A DNA stretch of 64,000 nt from Azolla caroliniana (lineage: Eukaryota; Plantae; Polypodiophyta): contig JBHGNT010000010.1 of the NCBI GenBank assembly GCA_043228905.1, positions 11,408,001 to 11,472,000 of the forward strand, given 5' to 3'. The notes under the pieces are model-generated. The model saw nothing but the letters and a program-made list of their open reading frames with translations. It had not been told where the DNA came from and did not search any database. The stretch's first letter is position 1; each line of letters starts with the position of its first letter. A program made the position numbers and the translations under genes. Of this stretch, positions 10,546 to 22,921 are shown in pieces.

Positions 10546-10964
10546 TGTTACCGGCCGGCAAGGAGTCCAAAATACGGAGTGAAGGAATTAATTAAGTATG
10601 GTTGTAAATAAGCATAGTGTGGACGGACGGACTGGAAACGGTATGCCGTTCCAGATCCGGACGGATCCCGAATAGGTGTGATAGGCACCGTTTTGTACTA
10701 CGGGCCGGAAACCTATTTAAAGGCCCGGACCCCATTGTAATCGCAGCGGATAATTAATAGAGCGTATGGTGTTTATACTTCTGTGTTGATTTCCGTTCTG
10801 TAATTACTGTTATATCTTACGCGTGTAATTAACAAAAGCGCTCTAATCGTGTAACCTACTTAAGTCGGTGTAATCGTTGAGTCATAATCCTATGCCGTAA
10901 TCACCCTTTGGTGAAGTGTCTCCGTGACACCTTGTGTTAGGCCTTGTCCGGTCAGAGAACAACA
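10546..10964 (+). repeat. 3' LTR of gypsy copy A (419 bp)
   Basis: Starts TGTTACCGGCCGG and ends AGAACAACA; similar start, end and internal motifs to LTRs 18680-19070(-) and 46327-46746(+). Confidence 0.85.
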
Positions 10965-12247
10965 TGCAACAGCTCCCCTTGCATTTCCTCGATCTGTGTT
11001 CGGAGCGCGACCAACTCCTGAGTTGTTGTATGCGTCAGCTGTTGCCTACACGTTTCTTCTTTCTCTAACTGGTCCGCTACTCCCGATAACTGCTCCGAAA
11101 GCCATCTCAGCCATTGTGGCTTTGTTCTTCCGGTGTCGGGGTGGCCTTGCTCACTTAAGTCAGGCTGATTTTCCGGCCTCTTCTCTGGCTCCGGCTCCGG
11201 CGCTTGTTCCTTCTTCTTCTCTGGGATGACCGGTTCTCTGAAATCCGGCCCAACCGGTGTCGGTGCTGCTTCCCTGGGTTCCGGTGCTGTTTCCGCCTCG
11301 GCTACTGGAGATGGTCCTTGCGCCCTCTGCTGAGTTCTGTCCACTGGTGGAGCCGGTCCTTTCGCCCGTTTCTCCTGACCTTGTCTTGCTGGGAGTCTTA
11401 CCAGTGGTTCGGATGAGTCTTCTGTTTCAGCTTCCTCCTCCGGTGCGGTTACCAGACGGACCTTTTGTATAAAGACCTCTGGTTCCGGTTCTGGCCGTCG
11501 CAGCGTTATATGGATTGGTTTGCGCGCTACCGGTTCCTCCTCGGCCGATTTCCCTTTGCCTTTACCTGCCGGTTTTGCCTTTGTTGCCGGTTCCTGTTGC
11601 TGTCAGGATGGTCCTTCCCCCTGCTGTTCTGCTTCTTGCTGGGTCCATCCGGGGGTGTGTTTCTCCAAGATCTGTCGGCGCTTTGTGACCTTTTTCGGCG
11701 TCGTCTCCTGCCGACCTCTTTTCTTTTGTGTGATGGGGAGCACCGGTGGGACTAACACCGTTAGCCATTGTGCTATCCCGGCCCATGGCTTTTTTCCTTC
11801 CACAAGATTTTTGATGGCCTCCTTCAATCCTTCGGTTATGAAATGAAGCCAGTCAATTTGTAAGCCTTCGTACGCTGCTATTAAGAACGCTGCCCGGTAC
11901 TTGGCTATGGCCGGGGGACGGGGATTCACGAATCCGTATTCCATCATAGCGTGGGCCACTTCTCCGAACAGCAGGTTCTCTCCGCCCTGCGTTCGGTACG
12001 CCTTGCTGCTGATAGAGTACTCCCCGAAATATTCGAACAGGATTTCACTGGAAGGGTTTTCGATTGTTTGAAGTCCACCTGCTTTTATCCCCGTGAGTGC
12101 CTGCACCGCTCCTTCCGTGACTTCTGATATATCGATCGATGCTGCCGCCTGCTTTGGTTCTGCGTGTGGTGGAGCGTCGGCGATCCGCAGCAATCCTTTT
12201 AACCCGTTCTCCCTCATCCATTGGCGTGCCTCTTCCGACAGTACCAT
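10965..12247 (-). pseudogene. Extra 3' ORF of gypsy copy B, broken and truncated
   Basis: ORF pieces 11603..12247 and 10952..11344 match copy A's extra ORF, including WLRWLSEQLSGV vs WLRWVGEQIAGA. Confidence 0.8.
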
Positions 12248-12751
12248 TGTTTCGAATTCTTCTTCTGCTGCCTGTTGTTCGGGATCGCGCTGTGTGTGCT
12301 CTGTGCGTCGGGTCGCTCTTCTGTGCTTCTGCGCCTGTATGTAGGAAAATTCGTAAAAAGTGAGCCCTTCGCAGGCCTGTGTCTTATATAGTGGGTTGTG
12401 CCTCGAGCCACCCTTTTTCGTTTCCCGCGCATGTTCCTCTCCCGCCATAATTAGTATGTCCTTTCTTGTTTGCCACGTGTGAGTGCCCACGTTCCATGCT
12501 TTAAATAGCAAGTACGCGCACGTCCTTCTTTAATGCATGGCGCCTCTTCGTTGCATGGTGGCGCTCCCACCTCTTGTGATCTCCCCATCATTACGATGAT
12601 TCGCGTCGATTTTGCCCACGTCATTTTTTATTTTTTTTATTTTTTATTTATTTATTTTATTTTTTATTTATTTTTTTCCTTTGCTTGGACCACGTCATTT
12701 GCTGGTCCCCCCCGATTTGTTCGGGTCGGTTCGTGTGGATACCGAATCCTT

Positions 12752-15700
12752 CTATCGGTTTTCCGGGATAGTCTTCGTCAGTATCGGTGTCGGTTCTTCC
12801 TCGGTTCGAATATCTTCAGCAGCGTCTGTCGGTGTCGGTTCCTCATCTTGCCGGATTTCCGGGTTTCGCTTGAACGGGTTGGCTGGCATATTTCCCTTAT
12901 ACGGCTTTAGCCGAAATCCATTTGCCCACTTGCCGATGACATCTCCAGACAACGTGCCGAGCTGATACGACCCATTGTACTCCTTGGTGATCCAGAACGG
13001 TCCGGTCCATCGAAACCGCAACTTTCCCGGCATGTTCCCCATCCGTGTCTAGAATAGTAGTATCGGTTTCCCGACTTCGAACTCCTTTTCATTGCCACGC
13101 CGGTGTCGGTCCACGAAGGCTTTTCTCCTCCTTTGCTCCAGTTCGAGTTGTAGTAAGCTGGCTATTCGGTTTTCCTCTAATTCCAACAACATTGCCAACT
13201 GGATTCGTTCGGACTCGTTCTCACTTAAGCGCTCCTTCACCTGAATCCGTAAGCTGGGGATCTGGAACTCTACCGGCATGACCGCTTCTAACCCGAATGC
13301 TAGTTGGAACGGGGTTGTCCGGATGCTGGTTTTGTACGTTGTTCGGTACGCCCATAGCGCGCTTTGCAATTTCGTATCCCAGTCGGTCCAGTTCTCGTTG
13401 ACGATTTTTCGTAGGATGTTCTGCAGAGTTTTGTTCGTTGATTCCGCTAGTCCATTGGCTTGAGGGTAGTAGGGTGTACTCTTTTTATGTACCACCGCGT
13501 AAAATGACGTCAGGCTTTCTACTACCTGCCCGAGAAAATGTCCTCCTTGGTCACTTATAAGCTCGATCGGGCAACCATACCGGCACCATATGCACTCATA
13601 CAGGAACTTTGCCGTGGACGCGGCCGTGTTGTCCCGTAAGGCCTTTGCTTCTACCCATTTGGTGCAATAGTCAGTCGCCACTATGACATACCGATTTCCG
13701 GTTCGCATTGCCGGTGGTTTGAAGGGACCGACAAAGTCCAACCCCCACTTTTGAAACGGTTCCAAGGGCAAGACCGGGTGGTGTGGCATCCGGGCCTGCT
13801 CTGTGGGTTGGCCCAGTCGTTGACACAAATCGCATTCTCTGCTATACTTCACGGCATCTTTTAGGGTGGTCGGCCACCACAGTCCGCTCTGCCATATTTT
13901 CCGAGCGGTTGCGTCGCCGGCATAATGCCCGCCGACAATTCCACAGTGGGCTTCCCTGAGGATTAGATCCTTCTCATCGCTCCGCACTGCTCGTCTCCAG
14001 ATGCCATCTTCCCCCTTGTGATAGAGGGTGTCTCCAACCAAGCAGAAATGTCTGCTTCTTACTGCTACCCTTTTCCTTTCATCGCGGTCCATGTTCTCCG
14101 GGGGAACTCCAATGCTCAGGAACTGATGCATCTCAGTTAGCCATGTGTCTTCATCGGCTACCGTTGTATCCGTTGCCGGTTTCGTCGTGATCCGGAACAA
14201 TTCGGCATCGGGAAACTCATCCTGGACGCCGTCCCCTGCTTCTCCGGATTCGAGTCTGCTTAGATAGTCCGCTACCGCATGCTGCGCCCCGGGTCGGTGG
14301 AAAATGTCGAATTCAAATTCCTGTAGTAGCAGTGTCCACCGTGCAATTTTTCCCGTCAGGGATGCCTTCGAGACCAGGTAGAGTAGTGCCGAATGGTCGA
14401 CATGGAAGGAAAACTTCCTTCCGAGCAGATAGTGCCTGTACTTTGTGACACTATACACCATTCCCAATGCCTCGCGTTCCGTCGTAGAGTAATTCCGTTC
14501 GGCTTTTGAGAGTTTCCGGCTTGCGTAGTACACCGGTCGGTACCATTTCGGCTCTGTGAGTTGCATCAGAACGCTGCCGATTGCTACGTCCGACGCGTCG
14601 ACGAAGACGTGAAAGCTTTTACTCCAATCCGGCGGTTGCACCACCGGGGCTTGCGACAGCATAACCTTCAACGCTTTGTAGGATTCCTCCTCCGTCTCCG
14701 CCCATAGGAAGGGTACCCTATGTACGGCGGTATGTAACGGTGTAGAGAAGTCCGCGAGGTGCCGTATCATCCGGCTATGCCACCTTATTTGGCCCAGGAA
14801 CCGGCTTAAAGCCTTTGCGTTACTTGGTGCTGGTGCATCGAGAATCGCCTTGACTTTATCCGGATCTACCGCGATTCCTTCCTTACTCACCACGTGCCCT
14901 AGCAAGTTGCCGCTTGCCACTCCAAAGACGCATTTGGGCGGATTCAGGCTCAATCGGTACTCGCGGCACTTCTCCAAGCACAGCCGGAGGTGATCGAGAT
15001 GCTCTCCGTGCCGGCTGTAGACCGCGAAATCGTCAAGGAAGACCTGCATAAAACCAGGGATATATTCCCCGAAAATTTCCATTATTATCCTTTGAAAGGT
15101 CGTTGGAGCCGTCTTTAGTCCGAACATCATCACGACCGCGACGAACACTCCCCATTCCGTCACGAACGTTGTCTTCTCTTGGTCGGCCGGGTTCATTCGT
15201 ATTTGGTTGTAGCCGCTAAATCCATCCAGGAAGCTGTAAACTTCGTGCCCGGCTACCGCATCTAACACCCCGTCCGTAAATGGTAGTGGAAACGCATCGG
15301 TCACTGTTGCGGCATTTAGTTTTCGGTAGTCCACGCATACCCGGATTTTGCCGTTCTTTTTCGGGACCACCACTATCGGACTCAGCCAGGTTGCCTGCTT
15401 GACCGGTCGGATAAATCCGACCCGGAGGAGCTTATCAATTTCCTCCTTCACCTTTGCCGCATAATTCGGATTCATCCGGTACCTGCGTTGAGCAATCGGT
15501 TTCGCGTCCGTACTTAGGTGAATTTGGTGCTGATAGAGCTGGGGGTCCAGCCCTCGCATGTCTTCGTACGACCACGCGAACACATCCTTGAAGTCTGTTA
15601 ACAATGCTACCATTGCCTTCTTTTCTTCCTTCGGCAATTCCTTTGCAACATTTACCGGTCGGGGCTTGTCTGCTATGCCGAGGTCCACCTCCTCGAGTTG

Positions 15701-16560
15701 GGATGCTTTTACCCTCTGGGATATCGTCATTTCCCTCTCTAGGGATTCCTGCGCTTGTCGCAGTTCCCGGATCGCCGCTTGGTCCGGTTCTTCCGGCGTC
15801 GTAATGTACGGTTCTACTGCCGCCGTGATATCCACCTCAAATAGTGGGACGATTCATGGGTGTTCCTCGAGGTACCGCTCGACTTCCTCGTCCGGTAATC
15901 CCTCCAACATGTTAATGCTTTCCGCATACAATGGAGTTGCTTCCTTACTGGTGATCACCCGTGGTTGCGTCGTTACTCGTACCTTTGTTTTCCCTCGCTG
16001 GAATGTGATCATGTTCTTTTGCCAGTTCTGCTTGATATGCGCCGTTCGCAGCCATGGTCGCCCTAGCAGTAGGGGGTACACGCCTTGTACATTCAGCTGC
16101 AGCACCACGGCCGATATCCGGAATACGTGGCCTCCGATCGTTATTTCCAAATCCCGGATAAGCCCGGTCGGTCGAACTGAGCTAGTATCCGCCATGCGTA
16201 ACTAGAAGGGGCATGGTTCCCATTCCCGGATGCCCAGGTCGTTGCATGTCTGTTGGCTGATGACATTTACCCCGGAGCCTCCATCAATAATCGTTCCAGC
16301 AATTTCCTTTCCTTTCACGATTGCCGTGATCGTCGGGCTACTTGTATCGACCACCGCTGGTCCTTCCTCCGGGTGGGAGAAGAATGTCGGTGCTGGCGTC
16401 GGCTTCGGTTTGCTGACGGATGCCTGTAGGTCTGCCGTAAATCGTGGCACTAACTGTAGTAGTCGTGCTAACGCCACACGATTTGACAGTCCTGTAGCGC
16501 TTGCCACGTCGGGTTTTCTCCTGGCTGTATGATTTCTTCGTCTTTTGACATATTTTGGTC
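12752..16560 (-). pseudogene. pol: Gypsy pol of copy B with premature stops and a frameshift (PR 15854-16507; RT-RH-INT 13049-15835; tail 12752-13042)
   Basis: Same motifs as ORF 7..3900 (IIDGGSGVNVI, FLDDF, VDASD, WGLDFVGP, WTGPF) and closely similar sequence. Confidence 0.93.
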
Positions 16561-18627
16561 TCTTACTTCTGCCGCATTCTGTTCATTGGCCTCCTTGATC
16601 CATTGTGTCGCTTGTTTTCTGATTGCCTCCTGGGCTTCCCACTCGGCGGTCTTTCCCTTTGACCGGGTTGTGACCTACTGTACTTCTGATATTTCGGCTG
16701 TAACCATGTTGACTTCCGGTTGCTTGTCATAGCTTTTGCTTGGGCATTGGTTACTATAGTGGCCTTCCTTGCAGCAGTAATAACAGTACACCTTGTGACT
16801 GTTGCTCGTTTCTCCTTTGTCCCCGGTTTAGAGGGTGGGTATGCTCCGGCGGTCGTCTTCGGTTTTTCGGTTATCCGGTACCGATACCGGGTTGTCATTC
16901 CTTGCTGCCTCCCGACGTTCCTCTCTTCGGAAAAATCCACGCTTCTGATTCCGTCGGAAATTTCGGTTCCCTTGTCGCCTCTCTTCTCTGCGTCGGTCGT
17001 ATTCCGGGGCTTCGTCTCGGTCGTACCGGTCCCGGGGGTAGCTATCTTCACGTCTCTCCTCTTGGTCATAGTTGTCGCGTCTTCTATCAGCGTATCCTTG
17101 TCGCCTCTCTTCTCTGCGTCGGTCGTCTTCCGGGGATTCGTCTCTGTCGTACCGGTCCCGGGGGTAGCTATCTCTGCGTCTCTCCTCTCGGTCATAGTTG
17201 TCGCGTCTTCTATTAGCGTATCTGTTACCGCGTTCGCGTTGGTAGCGGTCGTCTCTCCGGAATCGATCCTCGTCCGGGTTCTGATTGCGCGGTTCTATGT
17301 GTCGAACCGGTGCTGCCTGCCGATTTAACAGGTTATATTCGCATCGGTCCGTTGTATGGGCTCGAGAGTTGCAGATCACACATTGTGTCCGCAGGGTGCA
17401 GTCTACTGTTGAGTGCCCCGAATTTAGGCATGTTGTACATTGTAAGGCCTGTCGGAACCTCAGGTCTTCCTCCTTTGGGAGTGCCCGGTGTAACATCCCC
17501 ATCGACAAGAAGGGGCTAGTCTTGTCCATTTCTAAAACCCGATCAATAACTTGGTCCATTGTGCTGGTTTGGAAATCAAGGACTCCGCACATTGTTCGAA
17601 GTGCCTCTTTCAGTGCGGCCAGAAAGACTGCTTTGGCTTCGTCTTCGGGTGGTGCTCTTGTCAGCTGGCTGTGCAGGGTCTGGAACCGAATGATGAATTG
17701 TGGCATAGTCTCGTTCTCTTCCTGCCGGGTGGTGTAGAACTGCCCGACCAATTCCCTTTGCTCAAATTGTCTGTGAAAAAACCTGAGGAATCTGGCCTTC
17801 AAGGCATCGAATGTGGCAAAACTGCCCGGTAAGTGCTTTGCGTGCCATTGGGCCGCCGGTCCTTCTAAGGTTATGCCGAATTCGGCGATTTTGGATCGTT
17901 CGGCTTCGGGCTCCGTCAGTCTTTGGGAGATATGGTTGGCTTCCCATGTTTGGAGGAATGCGTACACGTGTGCCTCCGCGTCGGCCTCATCCCGGTACTT
18001 TGGGTATGGGTACGGCATCGTGTCGTCCAACTGACTCTCCTGTTTCCTCCGCTCTCTGTCCGCTGTTGGCGTTGGTGTGAGAACCTTTGGTTCCTCCGCG
18101 GGTGTTGCCGGTGTCCGGTCCGTTGGTTCCTCCGCGGGTGTTGTCGGTATCCGCTCCCTCGGTTCCCTCGCGGTTGTTGTCGGTATCCGGTCAGCCTTCC
18201 TCGGCGGTTGCCGGTCACCGAATTCCAGGGTTATTTCTTCCTCTGGCGCCGGTGTTACTGAGTCTTCCGACCCCTCGTCCTCCCGGTCGTTTGGTGTGTC
18301 GTGGCTGCTTTTATACCGGGATGCAACGCTTCCGTCGCTTTCCGACTCCGCCTCAAGTGTTGCGAATGCTTCCGAGTCCCCGTCGCTCGCAGCGAGCGTC
18401 TGCAGTATCGTTTCCGCCTCTTGCAGGCTTGTTATGCTACTGCCTTCGTCGGGGATTTGCAGAACCCGGAACTGCAGTGCTTCTTCTGCGACTCTCCGAA
18501 GAGTTTTGGAGAATGACCGATCCAGCCGGATCTCGTCGACAGCTTGCTGCAGGGCTTCCCGTCGTTGCTCGCGTTCGGTGTATCGTCTCCCTCGTTCGGT
18601 GATGTGGTCGTCATTTGGTCTAGACAT
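16560..18627 (-). pseudogene. gag: Gag of copy B with two Cys/His knuckles and an Arg/Asp-rich repeat; frameshift near 16830
   Basis: ORF 16828..18711: YPKYRDEADAEAHVYAFLQTW, LEGPAAQWH, CTTCLNSGHSTVDC, CVICNSRAHTTDRC; 126-bp (42-aa) tandem duplication at about 16971-17222. Confidence 0.88.
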
Positions 18628-18661
18628 CCATCCCCCGGTTGTCCTCTGCACTTTGCAGGAA

Positions 18662-18673
18662 TCGTGGTCGCCA
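18662..18673 (-). promoter_or_regulatory. PBS of copy B (TGGCGACCACGA, tRNA-Arg-like)
   Basis: Directly follows the LTR end; the same 12-mer follows the LTR at 46753 and its first 10 nt follow the LTR at 54863(-). tRNA identity is from memory. Confidence 0.8.
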
Positions 18674-18679
18674 AAATAG

Positions 18680-19070
18680 TGTTGTCTGTCTGGCCGGACT
18701 AGCCTCAACACAGGTGTCTATCCGACACTTCTCCAAAGGGGTGGTAAGGATTGGATGCTAGGTTACACGCGTAAGACGATTACAATTAAGCACAGACGGT
18801 AAACAATACGAGATACAGATAAACACGCAATAATTACTATTGTATTACTTCCGTCCCCCTTTTACAAATCATCGGATCCTTTTATAGGCATCCGGCAAGG
18901 TTACAATCGGTGCGCTTAGGCAACCGACATCCGAATCGGTTCGGATCCGGATCAGTACAACTATACCGAATCCGTCCCTCCGAATAATAATTCTACTATT
19001 ATTTACTTCCTATTATCCGATCCGATTCCGCCTTCCCACTTGTCCTTGCTCTTCTGACCGGCCAACATCA
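18680..19070 (-). repeat. 5' LTR of gypsy copy B (391 bp)
   Basis: TGATGTTGGCCGG..CAGACAACA with a TATA-like CCTATAAAAGG; similar to 10546-10964. Confidence 0.85.
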
Positions 19071-19130
19071 AGTATTAATATACAAGCTCTACATATGATT
19101 AAAGCTTAATGAAAAACCACCAATACTAAC

Positions 19131-22077
19131 CCAATCCTTGAATGCAATAAAATACTCCAATAACGCCTTATATGAAGACGTTAGAGGATAATCCTCGGTC
19201 ACTTGTTCCCAAGTTATACATCCAAGTTGTTTCATCATAACTTCTTGGATCTTCATGTACACCTTATGACTGTGAAATTAGAAATCAAGATTAGAACTTT
19301 GAATTACACCATATAGACTTCAATATCAGTATTTGAAAGACTTACTTATTGAACTCAATGACCATTACTTCAAGGCTTAAATCTTTGTCCACAACCCTTG
19401 ACAAAACAGACACAAGAAGTTGCTCGTCCTTAATACCTTGCATAGTTCTCCACAGAGACAGCTTCATGTCGTTGGCCGCTTCTTCAATTGTCAAGTCAAT
19501 TTTCTTGGCCGCTTGTGACTTTAACTCTAGTTGAGGGTCAACCTTACATTTCTTTTGTCGTTGACCCTTTACCTCCTTATTCTCCCACATTGAGAAGATT
19601 TGATCTTGTAGGTTCCATACTTCTCCATCTCTGAAGGCCAGTTGAAACCAAAACTCATATTTTCGAAGACCATCGGACTTAACATTATCATCTACCACAA
19701 TGCCAACTTCATGCAGACATTGACGTCGTAGACCTGGATGTAGCTTCACACCAAACTTTTGTTTCACGTCCAAATACTCGTGGTGGAAGAACCTTATCCG
19801 CTCAATCGACAACATTTTCTGCTTATAGTCATTATCATTATTGTGGTCCCATGCCAACAGCTTTGCCTCTTCAGTTGTGAGCCCCACGTAAATTTTGCAC
19901 TCGGCATACTTAAAGAAGAAAGTCATTGGATGTTCTCTCACAAGTTGCCGACATGCCTCCGCTGAATGCGATCCACCAATGACAAAGTAATTATATGGAT
20001 CATGCTTTCTTATATCAAAATCTTCAATGGTTTCACATTCTTCAGGATCCACCATAACAATAAAAGGCACAACAGTGGCATGAGGATTAATTTTCATTTT
20101 TTTCTTGAGATTTTGAACATGCATACGGTGTGGCTCTCTAATCTCAAGTGGTCTTCGTCCTGTTTTTTCATCAATAGGGGGGCGATGGATGTGTGTTATA
20201 GGCAAATTAAACACTTTCCCTTTCCTGACCAGTTTGCATTGCATTAACTCTCTCCTTATCTTATTCTGCTCGGATGACAACACACCCAATGCCAACTCAG
20301 CTCCTAGCGTCCCCTTATTGTCCTCATCTTCATTTTCACTAGATCAATCGGAGTCCGACATTTTGGTGGTCTTCTTTTTTGGTGGTCTGGATTGTACTTT
20401 AGATGCCCTTTTTGTGGCCTTCACTAGGGAGGGCAATGCCTCCCTTAGAGTTACATGACCTTGTATATAAGGCCTCAAGGTAACAATAAGGTTTTGTGAG
20501 CTTTCAAGATCTTTTTTGAACGCTTCTGGCCCACAAGATTCCTTTACTAGAAGATCTTCTGAAAGGAACACTTTACGTACCCCCTTAGAGCACTCTATCA
20601 TTATAAGTATGTTGGCCGAATCTACATCTTCGTAGTCAAATCGTAGAATACGGCCATACATAAATGGGGTTTCATTTTCAAGCTGCCCCTCGCCCTTCTT
20701 CTTTGTTGTATACAATACAACTTTTTTCTTGGAGTCGACGTATTGCATACACCATTCCTTCTCCGTTAGATCACGGTCAAGAAGGTCTTCATCTCCAGTA
20801 GTTGCTACTAGTTTCTTTTGGCTAACCTCAATGTGTGGTTGAGATTTTGTCTCCTCGTTAAAGAGAAGCTTTTTTCCTCTCTTCATGAACTCGGGAGCTA
20901 CTAGGGTCTGTGTTTCAATTGGAGAACCCTCTATGCGGAGCTTTATCTTCTTCACAGGTCGGTCCGACAAGTTCTCAAACGACCTATTTAAGAAAGGACA
21001 TATGAAAGTTAGGTGGTCATGTAGATTAAGGTTGTCTATTAAAATACAAATTATTAGATGAAAAAATAAACTAGCAAGCGATTTGTGGTGAACTATAAAT
21101 ATCAATCATGCATTGAGTGTACATGGTAGTCCTATATTCAGAAATCTATTATAGTAAGGGCTATTCAAATTAGAAAATATATATCGTAATAAGTATACAA
21201 AGATATATATTGTCTTGATGGGTAGGGTATGACTTATATTGATTCCATATCCATATTCTAGAGAATTTGCATATGATAGACTTGAATTTGGTATCATAAA
21301 GGTAATTTGTGGGTTCTTTCCTACTATTTTTAGCTATAGTAGGTCATTAAACCTCTATAATTAAGGCCCCTATGTTTTACAAATTAAGGCAAATTTCCAT
21401 AAAAAAATTCTGATTTTGACAGAAAGTTTGATATCTTTTCTCACAATACTAAATTGTTGCCACAAAAACACAATATTCCTCTTTCAAGTTCTTGTTCCTG
21501 TATATAGTTCGTGTCTGTACATGAAATCGATGCAAGGGATCGAGTTTGGGTATCAAACACATTCTTTACACAGGAACACGATACGGTGTATCGAGTTCCT
21601 GTATAAAAAAGAGTTACATAACACTAGAACTCGATACGCCGTATCGAGTTCTTGTATAATATTTGTGTTTTAAACAGGAACTCGGTACGTCGTATCGAGT
21701 TCCTATATAAAACACCAATATTATACAAGAACTCGATACGGCGTATCGAGTTCCTATTTAAAACCTAAACTTTAAAAAGGAACTCGATACGTCGTATCGA
21801 GTTCCTGTTTAAAAAGCAAAGAAAATAGAGGAACTCAATATGGCGTATCGAGTTCCTGTTTAAAATATAGGTTTCATACGTATCGAGTTCCTGTATGAAA
21901 CCTATATTTTAAACAGAAACTCGATACGCCGTATCGAGTTCCTATTTAAAGTTTAGGTTTTAAACAGGAACTCGATACGGTGGATCGAGTTCTTGAGTGC
22001 TAAAACATATTTACAAAAATGTCCGCAGTGTCAAAGGCCTACCTGGAGTCCTGACGCTCGATTTTCTTTGAAGACAT
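19131..22077 (-). pseudogene. Spliced gene for a ParB/Srx-like protein: complement(join(19131..19269,19346..20983,22043..22077)); one in-frame stop at 20344-20346; 3' exons displaced by gypsy copy B
   Basis: GT-AG introns with matching phases (MSSKKIERQDS-R-SFENL; EFN-N-HKVYMKIQ). ParB-like pattern: LPITHI..IRE..HVQNLKKKM..PFIVMV..YFVIGGSHSAEA..L..CKIYVGLTTEEAKLLAWDHN..MLSIERI. Confidence 0.7.
21572..21994. repeat. Array of 29-bp palindromes (AGGAACTCGATACG-N-CGTATCGAGTTCCT) with 22-bp AT-rich spacers
   Basis: Full copies start at 21572, 21625, 21676, 21727, 21778, 21829, 21915 and 21966; half copy at 21880-21892; degenerate copy near 21521. Period 51 bp (first spacer 24 bp). Confidence 0.97.
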
Positions 22078-22221
22078 GGTTGATCTTGTCGAAGTGTAGG
22101 CGGAGATCACGCTTTCGTGCTTCATGCTCTATGTGCTCTGTGTGCTTTGTTTGCTCTGTTTGCTCAGTGTGCTCTTGTGTGCTCTTGTGTTTCGTATGAG
22201 GGAAATATGACGAGGTCTTCC

Positions 22222-22229
22222 TATTTATA
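22222..22229 (-). promoter_or_regulatory. TATA box of the ParB-like gene
   Basis: CCTATAAATAGG on the minus strand about 145 bp upstream of the predicted ATG (22077), followed by a CACA/GAGCA-rich leader. Confidence 0.6.
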
Positions 22230-22440
22230 GGGATTGACCACAGTGGTTAAAGTAACCACAGTAAGCTTAACCAGGGTTGGCAAGCGTGAGGTTAGTTAGT
22301 TAGTAACCACAGTCACATTAACTTGAGTAACTTATGATTGCATTAATGATTACAAAGTCAAACTAACATATTGATGAATATTTTATAGTCAAAATAACTT
22401 ACAATGACTTTGAAGGTCATGAAGGAAACAATGATAGAGG

Positions 22441-22630
22441 TTCATGAATGAACCAATGATTGATTACTGAAATCAACTTTTTTATGACTCTTAATTGCTT
22501 TGTATTAAAGATGTGGGCATGAATGAACCAATGATTGAAAAATCTTATATTTAAAATAGTTCCATTAATGAACCAATGACTGAGAAGTTCTATATTAAAT
22601 ATGGGTGGCACTAATTAACCAATGATTTTA
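22441..22630 (+). promoter_or_regulatory. Four repeated AACCAATGA (CCAAT-box-like) motifs in the divergent intergenic region
   Basis: Copies near 22451, 22526, 22571 and 22617. Confidence 0.5.
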
Positions 22631-22921
22631 ACTTTAATCGAATATATTTATGGCTTGGTAATGATTGTAATTATATTATACTTGATTTAACTTCATATAG
22701 ACTAGTTTAAGTAATTATTAATATGTTAAATACAATTACTATATTTAAAATAATATTTTTTTATGTCTTGTATTAATATAATATTAAATAATATAGACAT
22801 TATATTGAGGGAGCTTCTGTTTAGAGAGGAGTAAATGTTAACAGAGGAGCTTATTAGTTTTTTGCCTTAGCCTAAGCACATAACTTAAAGAGCTCTGTCT
22901 AGACCTTAAGCCATGAGTGAA

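Larger units (their letters stand above)
1..10964 (+). mobile_element. Ty3/gypsy LTR retrotransposon, copy A (non-chromovirus; 5' part outside window), with an extra 3' ORF and a nested insertion at 4595-8163
   Basis: pol in PR-RT-RH-INT order, extra ORF, then 3' LTR 10546-10964. It interrupts the extra ORF of copy B at 10965. Confidence 0.92.
10965..19070 (-). mobile_element. Ty3/gypsy LTR retrotransposon, copy B (same family as A), 3' end displaced by the copy A insertion
   Basis: 5' LTR 18680-19070, PBS 18662-18673, gag, fragmented PR, RT-RH-INT, extra ORF fragments 10965-12247. Confidence 0.92.

Noticed and set aside
20984-21105. N-terminus of ORF 20344..21105 as coding
   Set aside because: It lies upstream of a good splice acceptor at 20984-20985 and reads as intron.
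21572-21994. CRISPR array
   Set aside because: Eukaryotic intron context, no cas genes, fully palindromic repeats, and 22-bp spacers that are inverted copies of one another rather than unique acquired sequences.
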